From Vicugna vicugna (lineage: Eukaryota), in assembly GCA_013265495.1 (NCBI GenBank), contig MU058423.1:1253061-1317060 (forward strand): a stretch of DNA of 64,000 nucleotides. Direction: 5' to 3'. A program made the position numbers and the translations under genes. The notes under the pieces were generated by a model. That model ran no database searches. It saw nothing but the letters and a program-made list of their open reading frames with translations, and was not told the DNA's origin. Of this stretch, positions 41,101 to 53,600 are shown in pieces. The first letter of the stretch is position 1. The number at the start of each line of letters is the position of its first letter.

Positions 41101-43908
41101 CACATTTTCTGGAATAGTGGTTCTCAAACATCAGTTTATATAAGGGTGAAGTACAAGAATCAGAATTGAAGGACAACATCAGAATTCCAGATTTATAACC
41201 CCTTTCTCAGAGATTGTGATTCAGTTGAGTTAGGGACTGAGATTTTTATCAAGGGCCCTATGAGAGTTTGATGCATCGTCAATGGATCTCACTTTAAGAA
41301 TACCACTCTGAAGGGGTTTATCTCCTCTTAAGCGTCATCACTCAGAGTCTAGTGGCTGCATTCAGGATAGTGCCACCGCCGATGGCCGCAATGGCCTCTA
41401 GCCTTACTTCTCCTAGAAACAGCGAACTAAACACATTAGAAATTAAAAGATACCAGAGTCTTTGTCTGTTTGCTTTGTTTCATTTTTGCACAAAATGGAG
41501 CTCTACTAAAGTAATACAGCAAACTCTTCTGCTTTCTTGGGCTATGTTATGTCTTATCTTCAGTATCCTCTGCCTCCTGTTCTCTGATGTGAGTAGCTAA
41601 GAAGGTTTGCAGTTTCCTGGATCATAGAAAAAAAAGAGAGAGATTGCCAGAGAAAGGAAGAAGCGTAACTATTTTGGAATACTAGCTAGAGCAGGCAATG
41701 TGCTACGTTATGTACATCCTTGATACTTCAAGTATAGCTCCTGGACCAGAAGCAGCAGCACCATCTGGAAGCTTGTTAAAAATATGGAGTCTTGGTTCCC
41801 ACCTTGACTCACTGAATCTGAGCTGCATTTTAAGAGGATCTCAGATGATCTGTTTGCACAGTAATGTTTGAGATGTACTGACTTAGGAGATACCAAATTA
41901 AGTATCTCCCCCTTCTCTTACTTGTTTTTCAGGCCGTTGAAAGATTGGTAGAGAGTCACATCATTCCATTCCATGGCGGTGATCTTGTTGTCACGCATCC
42001 CAGCAAAGGCATAGATCAGATGAGTACACAGGCAGGTGTCAATGTTGTCAGGCTTGAAGCTTCCCAGGCCCGGCCGGTACTGGGCCCAGTTGGTGAAATA
42101 GCATGTCAGCTGGTAGGCAGAGCCTGAGGGTAGAAAGAAGTTAAGAACAATGGCCTGACTGAGGTGCTACTGAAATGTGCTGTGAGTTTTAGCCCTGACT
42201 CTGTTTCCCTCCCTTTACCTCAGATGCCTGATCTCTGTGTAGCGGTTAGTATGAAACACTCTTGCAAGTGAGTTCAGATTCTCATTTGAGAACTAGTCAT
42301 TGATTTGAGGTTGGTTATTTTTAACTTTGACAGATTCACTTTGGGATCCTGGCTAAGCCTAGAAACCACTTAAGAAAAGATGCCCAGTGAATACCCACTT
42401 ATAACTCCCAGGTTGTCATGCTTAAGAGGATGGCAGTAGAAGCCAATACAAAATAATAGATTTTCCCCATCTGTCTGTGAAGAAGACAGTATTTTTCTTT
42501 CCCTAGTATGGCTTATCTCTTGATATGAATTTTTTAAAGTAATATTTGGAATATGAAAAAAGTCACATTTAATACATTAAACAGATGATTACATTATGAA
42601 TAATTTATAGAGATTCAAGGCTTATGGTAGGAAAAGATTATGTCAACGATAAAATGCAGAGTCCATGACTTACGTAGCTGAGCATGCAGCAGAAGGGCTA
42701 GACCTAGAGAAAAAGAAAAAACATGTATTCTGGACCAACTGACTGTATCCTGTGGAATATAATTCTGACGCCTTGGCCATCATCCTGTAAGTCATAGGGT
42801 TTTACAGCCCAAGTGGCACTTAGTTGCTATGCCAAAGAGTAGGCTTTTCAGTGAAGAGATAGGTCTACACTTCCCTCCTCCTAGTTGAAAATGTGCATGG
42901 TTCGCTCTTCTTTCCCATTCCATGTCAGTAATAAATGTCATTGAATACAGAGTTTGAAGTCTACTATCTATGGAAGACCTACTTACTGAAATTACCCAAA
43001 ATTTACTCTACTCAGTGACTATACACACATGCCTCACCTTCCTGAACTGGAGTGAGTACAGCCTTCACACACATGGCATCCTCTAAACCCATGAATTCGC
43101 TATCTCTGGGAGCCTTAGAATTTTTTAAAACCACCTTTAAGAAACCTCGCAGTAGAAGAGAAATACTAGGAACTGTCAGATAAGACTCCATATACTGCTC
43201 CCTGGCTTCTAACAGAGCACTTTTGATCTGATTGTTTTATAAACTGAGCTAGAGGTTTCATCTGGAAAAGGTTCTGAAGCTATGAAAAATTTGTAAATCA
43301 CAGCTTTAGAGCAACTAATAAGTTATGGCTACAACTTGGCTCTAAACAATGTACTGAATCAACTCCTTTAAGTGACTGAATTTCTACCTGTCTTATGATA
43401 TATCAGCAGCCCAGTAGGACAGTAGAGGAGAAAAAGAGAAATAATTCTTCAAATGGTAGAACAAAGATAACTTGGTATAACTCTATCTCATTTCCTACTG
43501 ATTTTCAACCCTGAAGAAGATAGACCAAGGACACAGGCATGAGAATAAAAATAATAACTTAAAATGGAAGATGAATGGAAAAAAGGGAACAACCCAACAA
43601 GAGATGAAAAAGTTTAAGACAAGCATTGGAAGAAAACTAACTTTTGTCTTAGGATCATGCTTGTGGCATCAAAGAAGGTAGAAATGTTACCAGAGTCCAT
43701 TGAGATTAAGAGAATAAAAGATAGACTCATTTGAGCATGTCAGGATTCTCTTGGAAACTTGAAATGATGAGAGAAGAATAGAAAAGCATAGAGGTATCTG
43801 TGAAGACTACTTTATGGCTGTCAGATCCAAAGGAGGAAAGAAATTGTCTAAGAATAAGGCTCTATCTCCAATCACAGACTCACCTGTGAGGAGAATAATC
43901 TTTGTCAT
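33549..43908 (-). CDS. CHIA: Acidic mammalian chitinase (AMCase), 484 aa: signal peptide, GH18 domain, linker, CBM14
   Basis: Eleven coding exons: 43908-43884, 42703-42674, 42123-41922, 40740-40684, 39800-39635, 37318-37194, 37015-36892, 36607-36422, 35911-35792, 35706-35565, 33826-33549. All GT-AG, 1455 nt, open frame. Catalytic [11 protein letters not shown] intact; ends ...[18 protein letters not shown]. Confidence 0.97.
34023..34785 (-). mobile_element. 5'-truncated LINE-1 3' end in CHIA intron 10, with target-site duplication
   Basis: L1 3'UTR/ORF2-end motifs (ttggctattgtaaatagtgctgctatgaa). TSD aagccagcctacttt 34008-34022 / aagccagcctagttt 34786-34800, next to a TTTT/AA site. Confidence 0.9.
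35066..35215 (+). mobile_element. tRNA-derived SINE, camelid Vic-1 type
   Basis: ggggagggtatacctcaatgatagagcacatgcttagcatgcacgtggtcctaggttcaatccccagtgcctcc with A/B boxes, then (TAAA)n, cctaattacttcccccc and poly(A). Flanking ggggtttgt repeat at 35053-35061 and 35233-35241. Confidence 0.8.
40238..40424 (+). mobile_element. Short LINE-1 3' end in CHIA intron 4, with TSD
   Basis: tactgtatagcacagggaaatataca...tcaataaaaatgtta-poly(A); TSD aagaagag(a/g)ttgtt at 40224-40237 and 40425-40438. Same family as the intron 10 copy. Confidence 0.85.
41720..41880. mobile_element. MER5-type hAT-Charlie MITE
   Basis: ggaccagaagcagcagcaccatctggaagcttgttaaaaat...gaatctg..tgcattttaagaggatctcagatgat...tttgaga pattern. 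Confidence 0.7.
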
Positions 43909-43947
43909 GGTTTCTGTTGGGACTGGTCTAGCAGAGTCTGGATTTGC

Positions 43948-43955
43948 TTTTTATA
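43948..43955 (-). promoter_or_regulatory. CHIA TATA box (TATAAAAA)
   Basis: tttttata on +, 40-47 nt upstream of the ATG at 43908. Confidence 0.8.
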
Positions 43956-44479
43956 CCATCTGAGTACCAGGTAATCACAAAGGATATCTTCCAAGTGGAG
44001 AGCATTGAACCTAGATGTGTATATAGCTAATCAGTAAATCAACAGATCTCCTCCCTACAAACACCACTTTGTGGACCTTCAACCTGCACTTTCCGCTCCT
44101 ACTTTCTTTGCTCAATAAGGACAAAATAATGTTGTGTCTTCTAACGGGGTGATAGAGACCATCACCACAAAAAGCATCAGCTTAATAGCTCTTTTTTTTT
44201 TTTCAGTTCTCAGAGTTGTTAAGCAACTATTTAAACACTGTGGTTAGGTTTTTATGCTGTGGACACTTTGTGCCTGGCATCAAAGCATATCTTTATTGGA
44301 AAGTAAACAATAAAGAGCCTTGGAAGTCATTAACTGTTCTTAAACCTTTTTTCCTGATAAAATTATTTTTATATAACTTGTGCAATCAGTGCCTAAGGAG
44401 CTTTCATCTTCAAGTACTACTTTATGAACATTCTACCCACACTTGGTTCTTTGGAATGACCTCAGTCATGATTATATGA

Positions 44480-45720
44480 TAATTTTAAAGGAAAATGAAA
44501 ACCCCTGTGTCACCATCCAGTTTCAATAAGATAATATTATCTTTGAATATTATCCTGTATTTTCTTCCCCAGTTAGATGCTTCTCACTCCCCTGGAGTAA
44601 GCAACTATCCTGAATTTTGTGCCAATCATTTCCTTGCTTTCTTTATAATTTTATCACATGTGCCTATGTACTCTTAAATAATACATTAACTAGCTTTATG
44701 ATAATATATTACAATTAGTTTATCATTTGGATTTAATAAATTCATTAGCCTTGACTTTGTATAAGTGAAATAATACCATGTGTATTATTTTATTTCTTTT
44801 TTCTTTAAGTATAGTTGATATACAGTGTTGTGTTAGTTTCTGGTGTACAGCATATTGATTCATATATATCTATTCATTATCATTTCTTTTTCATTATAGA
44901 TTATTACAAACTATTGAATATTGTTCCCTGTGCTCTACAGAAGGACCTTGTTGTTTATCTATTCTGTGTATAGTAGTTTGTAGCTGCTAATCCCAGACTC
45001 CCAGTTTGTCCAGTTTATCTCCTTCTACCTCCTTTCCCCCTGGTAACCATAAGTTTGTTTTCTGTGTCTAATTCTGTTTTGTAAATAAGTTCATTTGTGT
45101 CATTATTTTAGATTCCACATATAGGTGATATTATAATATTTGTCTTTGTCTGACTTCCTTCACTTAATATGATAATCTCTAGGCCCATCCATGTTACTAC
45201 AAATGGCATTATTTCAGTTTTTTTATGGCCAAACAGTATTCCATTGTATAGATATAACACAGCTTCTTTATCTAATCATCTTTCGATGGACATTTAGGTT
45301 GCTTCCATGTCTTGGCTATTGTAAATAGTGCTGCTATGAACATTGGGATGCATGTATCTTTTTGATATCCTATTTCTTGCTTTTTTAGCTCAGCATTAAG
45401 TTTTTGAGAATCATCCAAGTTGTTACAAGTAGCAGCTTATTTTTACAACTGTATGGTATTTCACTATATGAATATGCTATAATTTATTTTTCTTTTCTGT
45501 ATAGGACAACATGTGGTTTGTTTCCAGTTTTCCCCCTACATGCTGCTATAAGCATCTCCTATACAAGTCTTTTGGTATGTGTTTGCAAATTTCTCCAGTG
45601 TTTACACCTAGAAATGGGATTGCTGGGTAAAATAGAATATCCTTCTTAAAATTTACTATTAATCTAGATATTTCTTTTCCAAAGTAATTGTATCAATTTG
45701 CACTACCAGCAACAATTAGG
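44480..45720 (-). mobile_element. Old LINE-1 3' region with a nested younger L1 3' end (~44790-45365)
   Basis: L1 3'UTR motifs (gttccctgtgctctacag, ttagattccacatataggtgata, ttggctattgtaaatagtgctgc). Confidence 0.7.
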
Positions 45721-47756
45721 GAGGCAAGTTAAGCTTTATTGTTCTTTATTGTTCCTATGAAAAGATGAGGAAACTGAGAATGAGAATTTGCTGAAGTTAC
45801 ACAGTGAAATGTGTAGCCAAAACTTGAGCTCAGAGCTTCTGACTCCTAGTCCAGTGTTTGTTATTTGTTTGTTTGTTTATCTTTTTGCTGAATTCTGTAT
45901 TTCCACTAATGCAGCCCAAGACTGTATTATCTCTTGCAGTGACTTTATCACATTGTTGCTTCATGTGGAGCCTCTCACATGAAATGGACTCAAGTCAGCT
46001 CTTACTCATGTGTACTTGGAAATTGACTTTTTACATATACTTTTATTATACATGACATTGTGTTTTGTGTCATTTGTTTACAGTATATGTCTCCTACTAA
46101 TAGGTAGCTCCTTGGAGTCAGGTACTATTCTTCTTATTCATTTCTATATCTCTAATGACTAGCACCGCTTTTGACCTTTCAATGAATTAATCAACAAATG
46201 TGCATTGTGTACAATTTCAATTTAATTTAAATGAAATACAGGAGCTGATGACTATTTCATGTTGTCTCATCTCTTGGATCATTGTTTTATCTTATTATCT
46301 TCTAGAATTATTATTGCCATACATCATATTAAATAAACTCTTCTGAGTTTTATCACCCAAAGATGAGACTACAAGTAGAGTGGAGGAGTGCTATGACTTC
46401 TACCCAAAGAAAGATGGCTTCCTTGAGTTGAGGAAAAATAACGGCTACAGAGCCCAGGAAGGCTAAGAATGATTAGGTATGTCTCCTGTAGGGTGCAGGT
46501 CTCATTTGCCTGGGGCCAACGGAGGAGGATATTCATCCACAAGGAAGAACCCCTGATGGGAACGTTATACAGAAGAGAAACTGCCATGTATAGCCAGAGT
46601 CAACCAGTCAGTGGCTGTTTTACTTACTGATGGGAATAAGCATCATACAGAGTCAAATAAGGCTACCATTGGGACATGCAACGCAAAAGTCAAGAAATAA
46701 ATGACTAATGACTACAACATTGGTCCCAAGTCAGCTCCAATGATCAGGGAGCCAGTACTATCCCAGTGGAAAGAGAATTTCTCCTGTGTGGCCTTCTAGG
46801 CCTAGGGACCCAGCATCCCTCACTGGCAGTTACACTGGCAGATTCTGGGTGATGTGACTTAGTAGAATATTGTAGAATGATAATGACACCAGAATGGCTG
46901 CTGGCTCTCTCTGACTGCATCCTATTTTAGATGGTAGATTCAGTATCATGAAAATTAGCAGAGGGGTCCACTCCCTGTGAGAGTTGCATCTAAGAACTTG
47001 GGGCACCCTGAGTGATAATTCTCCTGGGATGATCTAGTGAAAGACAATGAGAATGCACCAGCACCCACCTGCCATGGTTTCAGATGTTTCCTTCCTACCT
47101 AGCAAGGGATTATTTCTTCTTGCATAAATATTTATGGCATTTTTGCCCATAACTAGGGTCACCATCTAGTTGGGAATCCTACATCAACACTTTCCCATTC
47201 CCAAGGGTCGTGCAATAGTTGGAGCACTTCATTTGTACCAGCACCAGGGTAGAAATGGCTGCTCAGTGCCACACAGCAAAGTTTTAGGCCAGAGCAGGTT
47301 AAAGGTACAATTTGGGCACAGCCGTACTTTGAGTAGACCATCAATATCTAGGTAGAGATGGCAATGACCTAAGTTAGTCTCCACCCATCATTTAGCACCG
47401 AGTACAGTCCTGATTTTACAGTTGCCTAGAGTCAGTGTTGGGGAAATAAAAAGAGAAAGGTATGAGAAGGGAGGCCTGGACTGGGTCCTCAAGTCACAGT
47501 TGTTCAGCACCAGGAAGCTTCCTGTTCTCAGATTCCTTATTTCTAACAGATGGCTGAGAACAGATGGACTGTTGCTAGAAATGGCTCTATTCAGGATATT
47601 TATAGCATTAGGCCAGCAATCTAGTTAGCCTACCATTTGGAAGTAAACAGTAGGCTTAAGCAATTTGTCATCAAGTTGACTTCTCCACATTCCCTTGCCC
47701 CTATCCTCTGTGGGTAATAAGAGACATGAAACAGCCATCAGATTAGGTTTGGACAT

Positions 47757-48132
47757 CGTCTTAGTCTGATTGGGCTGCCATAACAAAATGCCATAGACAG
47801 GGTGACTTGAACAGCAGAAACTTATTTTCTCACAGTTCTGGAAGCTGGAAAGTCCAAGATCAAGGTTTCAACAAGGTTCAGTTTCTGGTAAGAGCTCTCT
47901 TCCTGGCTTGCAGACAGCCACCTTCTGGTTATTTCCTCACAAAGCAGAGAGACAGAGAGATCTCTGATGTCTCTTCCTCTTTTAAAAGGGTACCAGTTCT
48001 GTTGGATTAGGGTTTTACCCTGTGACCTCATTTAACCTTAATTACCTTCTTAAAGGCCCTATCTATAATATAGTCACAAGAGCATTAGAGCTTCAACATA
48101 TGAATTTTGAGGGACAAAATTCTGCCCATAGC
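47757..48132. mobile_element. MLT1 (ERVL-MaLR) LTR
   Basis: gtcttagtctgattgggctgccataacaaaatgccatagac...tctcacagttctggaagctggaaagtccaagatcaagg...cttcaacatatgaattttgagggacaaa. Confidence 0.85.
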
Positions 48133-48341
48133 AGACATTGCAATAATAAATATAATTACCCTTTAATGCTTAAATTATGTGGAGGTTATCTCCAGTTAGA
48201 AAGCAAATACTTCCAACTCATCAGGTCAGGAGGTGCCAGGGAATTGTTGACTATGACAATACCCCATTGCTACCCCATTTTATCATTTACTTCCAATCTT
48301 ATGGAAGTGGGGTATTATTTTGAATTCCTTACAGTCATGTC

Positions 48342-48961
48342 CAGTAAACCCCCTTATCCACAGCGGACACATTCCAAGACCCCTAGTGGATGCCTAAAAC
48401 CGCAATAGTACCAAATCCTAATTTTTCCCTATACATTCATACCTATGATAAAGTTTAATTTATAAATTAGGCACAGCAAGAAATTAACAACATTAACTAA
48501 TAATAAATAGAGCAATTATAACAATATACTATAATAAAAGTTATGCAAATATGGTCTCTCCCAAAATAACTTATGGTATTGTGTTCACACTTCTTGTGAT
48601 TATGTGAGATGACAACATGTCTACTTGATGAGAAAGTGAGGTGAATGACATAGCATTAGACCACTATTGACCTTCTGAATATATCTCACAAGGTGGGTCA
48701 TCTGCTTTGGGTGATCCTGGATCCCAAGCCATGACAATGTCCATGGTTGGATGTGAGGAGCAGACAATGTCAATGGTTGGGGATCTTAACAGGACAAAGA
48801 GGGATGGCTCAAGATTTCATCACACTATTCAAAATGGCACACAATGTAAAATTTATGAATTGTTTATTTCTGGAATTTTTCATTTAATATTTTCAGACCA
48901 TGCTTGACAACAGGTAACTGAAAACATGGAAAGAGAAACTGGAGATAAGGGAATGCTACTG
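48342..48961. mobile_element. MER44 / Tigger7-derived DNA element
   Basis: Terminal inverted repeats cagta..ccccttatcca / ggagataaggg...ctactg; internal ttccaagacccctagtggatgcct. Confidence 0.75.
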
Positions 48962-50644
48962 CATTCTGGGTATGCTGTCCCCTAATATTCTCTCTGTTTT
49001 GCTCACAAAGTGATCAGTCCAGTTGTATCCATCCCTCTGGCAACAAGTTAGTAGAAGGCCATGGAGATGCCCCAAGTCTGACATCCAGCTCCCTGCACCA
49101 CTTTCAAGCAATTAAGCATGATTAATCAAGAAGCAGGCAAACTAGGCTTTCTGGAATTGTTTTTTACCAGTGGGAAACCCAGGAATTAAAGCAGTTAAGA
49201 TGCTTTAATCCTCCTTCCAAAGATGATCCTATTCTCAGGTAGCACACAACAACCTATCAGAATGCAAATCGAGGTCTAAAAGAGAGATCCTGGGCCTCTG
49301 AGTTTTTAAGCTTCTTAATTTATAAAGACCAACCTCTTCCTACTGAGATTAGGGTATAATTTCTAATAGCACAACATTGGCTTTCAGCTCTACCCACTAC
49401 CTCAGCAGTCATAGTCTGGGAGAACAATTGGCCTTCCTGGTGATCTGACCCTTGTGATTACAGCACAACTTCTTGGTGGAAACTTGGCAGAGGTCCTGAT
49501 CCACCATGTCAGCTCTCTGCCAAGGTAGATTGAATTAAACCCTAGGCAGCTCTAGTTGGTTTCCAGAGGCAACAGGTCAAATTTCTCTCCAGGAAGCCAG
49601 CTTGCAAGGCATCAGTTAAGTTAACCCTTATCTCTCAACTGTCTTCCAAGGAGAAATTGATAAAGAACCATCATAACCATCATATCCTAGTTAGGTTATT
49701 AAACTTCAAGAATAAGTAATTCTTCAGGCACCAGAAGGAAAAAAGTATCAAATGATTTAGAGGATGGGTTGATAAAGGGGTAGTGAGTACCCACTGACCT
49801 CAAACATCCCAGTAGCAATATTCAATGCCAGAACCCAATGGAGCAAGGCCTACTACCTAAGGTTAAGTTTACCTGGAAGCAGCTCATGTGAGAGTAACTT
49901 ATTTGGAAGCGGAATCCAGAGATTAGGAGTAAACTATGGAGGAGTGAAACAGGGAAGAAGGCAGGGCCAATACAAAAATATATTCTCAAGTTGGCCACTG
50001 CTAGGGCAGCTAAATGCTCAATCCCATGAAACTGTCTAGAAGTCCAAAATGTATTCTCAGACCATCCAGGGAAGAAAGGTGGAAACAGCATGGTCCCCTC
50101 TCCTCCAAGGATGACATTAATTCCTCTGCATGCCTAGGTTGTCCGTGCTACCAAGACGTAGGCAAAGTGTCCATTTAGCAGGGGTGAAAGGGCCTGGGTA
50201 AGGGGAAGTAGAGAAGGGATACATGAAAGCTACCTGAAAATGAAAGCCTAGAGTTCTATTAGAAAATTTCTCAGTTCACTTAGGATTTTGATTCTTTGTC
50301 ACATTTGGGTTTTTTTTTTTAAGTATGGGGAGAAGCTCTCAAATCAAAGAATAGCCTGGCAGTAGGTTAGAAGTATCTATAAATTGATATACTCTCGTTG
50401 ATGACATTCCTTTTTTCCTACTGTCTCTGAATCCAGCCTAAATGGGCCCTTAGTGGGTATCCAACCAAGGTAGTCAACATGAGTGCTCATCTAGCCTCCC
50501 TTCCAAATAGCCATGAGCATCCACCTTGAGCCTCACCTATTAGATAAATGAACCAAGAAGTGTTGAATATTGTTTATATTGTTAGATCTATGGACCAATA
50601 AAAAGACATCTTTCCTTCTAGCTCTAAAATTTCTAGGAGCTTAC

Positions 50645-53600
50645 CACATAGTAGGCCCAGTACCCAGACTGCCTAGTACAGGGCCCAGGAAGGCCAAGGC
50701 CAGTGGAAGGAGCATGAATTTCATGTTTGGAGGGTTGCTCAGGATGCTGGTATGTCCAGAGGCTGGGAATCCAACCATGAGCTTCTCAGCTGGGGCCTCA
50801 TTGTCCTTCCAGTAGTTCTTGGTGTAATCCTGCAAGGGTAGCAGGTTAGCAAGAGGCCCCACCCAGCTGATGGCCTAGTAATTAGGTATTAACTAAGCTT
50901 TTTTGGTGTGATTGTACCTACTGTACAAAGTATTTGCAACATATTTTACAGCTTCATTGATCTATCTCTGTTGAAGTGGTGTGTCTCTAGCTTAACAAAT
51001 TTCTCTTAACAACATACCAATACGTAGGCATTATATATGCCCTTCCCACCAAAAATGTATGAGAGAAGGACTGAGAGGTTTTTTTTGTACGATTTTTCTG
51101 GTATGATTCATTGGTGAATGGCTGAAATTCTGTATGGCATACATGTGCAAAAGATTAGAATGGTAAAAAATAGACAAGGCAGAAGGGGAACAAAAAGAGA
51201 AGAAAAGTGGGAGAAATAGCCTGTAATTTATTGAAAAAAATAAGTAATGGTACTCTATTTTCTTTTATTAAAAGAAAAGACTGGTTGTTAATCTTGTTTC
51301 CTATCTGATAAAATTGTCAGTAGAGTATTAATATGTTGGTGAATTTTTAGTAAATGGGAACTAGTTAATTAATTATAATAGCTTAATTTCTCATTTGAGA
51401 AAATTGCTAACTCTATGATATCTTTGGTCCCTAAATCTCCATGTGATTTATGACATCATCTCTGGTCGGCATTTTGGTCTGTGCAGGAACTCACAATGTT
51501 AAGGCTGGCGCTGCCTCCTGTGTCAGTTGGGTGTTTGTAGAGATGGCTGTTCTCTCCAATGTAGCTTTCCCAGGAACCTGGAGGTCCTGGGTCATGACAT
51601 GGATATGGTCCAGGTACCTAAGGTGGTGTAAAGGATCTAAAAACATTTCTGCTTGTCATTTTCTGCTCCTATGCAGGCAAAAGATAAGACTTCCAAAACC
51701 ACCTAAATAAGGTCCCTGAAGGACAAGCAGACTGAGGGTGAATGTCTCTTTCAAAAGTGATGCACAGAGGGGTAACGGGACATGTCACTGGGACAGGTAG
51801 GGGAATCTCATAGCCAGACTGGACATTGGGGATGCCAGCAGCTACTGTGGCTGTGACCATCGGCTTGGGTTTTTTGATCTACTTGGTCTCCTGTTCAAAA
51901 GCTTCCTGCATTTCTTATACCCATGTAGGAGAAAGTCTATGAATATCAACTATAAGTTGACTTCCATGACTACTCTTTGAATTAAATCAATCCCTCCCGT
52001 CCTTCATTCTTCAGCATCCTCACTGGAATGGAGTGTCCAGATCCTTCATCTCTAACTGAGATTGCAGGGAGATAGGTTTTCTATATGGCCTCAGAGACCT
52101 TTCACAGGAGACTGGTTGTGTGCTTCCCAGTCAAAATAGTATGGAACACAGTTCACCTGCATCAGGATAGTGAAGAGATGCTTGTACTAAGGAGTGGTCC
52201 TTCAGGAGCCAAAATCTAGCCCATCAAACTCCTGGTGACCCATCAATCTTTGATGGCCAGGGTAACAGAAGTCTGGTAATCCTCAGGAGTGGAAACCCTG
52301 GCAGTGATACAAACTAAGGGAGACCCAAAGAAGGCAGGGTGAGGCCTTAGTGGTCCCAATACCTTGTTGTAAAATCAGTAGAGAAAATCATCTTGAAAAA
52401 TTTATGAAGCAGTTCCAAAGTCCCAGTTATCAATATCTGGGAGAGTTTTTATCCAACTGTTTCTGAGGGAAAAGAAGCAGAATTGTGTCAGAACAAATGG
52501 AAAGAAAGATTAAGTCATTTCAACATTAGCTGTTAGAGTGACTGAGAAGCCAGAAGTCTCATGCAGGCTCTCATGCTGGTTTTCTTCATTCTCATCCTTA
52601 TTTCCTAAATTGTGAGAGTGGCTGGGGTAGATGACCTAAGATTCCTCTGTTTCACTGTCTCTAGAGTTCTAATTATGTCCCTTCAGGTGAAGCCCCCGAT
52701 TAAGGACACCAGTGCTTTGTCAGTGCCAACTTTGGGTCCCTTCCATGTAGAAGATTGTTTTCATCTGAGTTCATAAGAACTTGGACTTCACTAAATTCCC
52801 CTTGGTAATGGAGCTGTATTTCAATTGACAACTGCCTCCTGGGAGCCAGCAATTTCCCTTATGTTAGAGTCATCATCATACTGTAAATAATAAGAAAGCT
52901 AGGAAGTTACCTGTGTGCTACTTGCTGGCCTGTTTGGAATTTCAGCCTGGAGGTTGCTGTGGAAGGCTTTGTTCAGACTGCTCTTGAAAGTGAAAAGAAT
53001 TTGAATCTCAGCCCTTTCGTCACTTACTTGTTTTCCAGGCCAGTGAAAATTTGATAGTGTCCCATCCTTTCCTTCGATGATGTGACCTTCTTGTCCCATA
53101 TCCCAGCAAAGGCATAGGTCAGGGGTCCATGTTGTCAGTCTCGAAATGCCCCGGACCTGGCTAGTGCTGGGCCCAGCTGATGAAGTAGTATATCAGTTGG
53201 TAGGCAGAACCTATTACCCAGAGGAAGAGGGTGAGGAACTCTTACAGAGAAAGCTCCCTGTGGAATCATAGATTGCTTAAGAAACCACAGATTTCCAAAT
53301 AACTTTCCTGTTTAAATTTCAAAGAGAAGGGGAGGATCTGTATGAGAACCTTGTTTATTGCAGCAAACCTATAATTAGCAGGCAATTCAGGGCTGAAGGC
53401 ATCTCTTTAAGGTAGCTCCATCCCTCCGAGAGAAAATTAAAAACCTTATAAATCAGTGCCTTTTGCTGAGATGAAAACTTAAAGCTGGGAATCTCTGATT
53501 TAGATGTACTCTAGTCCCCTCTACCTGCTAATATTAGCAATTACTAATGCTTACTTAGCATTTGTTATGTACCAAGCACTGCTATGAGCAATTTATTTAA

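Noticed and set aside
41365..41395. Short CpG-rich motif (tgccaccgccgatggccg) in CHIA intron 3, loosely CTCF-like
   Set aside because: Poor match to the consensus and no independent support.
44000..50640. Search for exons 9-11 of the upstream CHIA pseudogene
   Set aside because: No ICTFL, WVGYD, GGAMVW or CBM14 remnants seen; the interval is mostly repeats, including possible ERVL-MaLR internal sequence at ~46400-47400 that I cannot support firmly.
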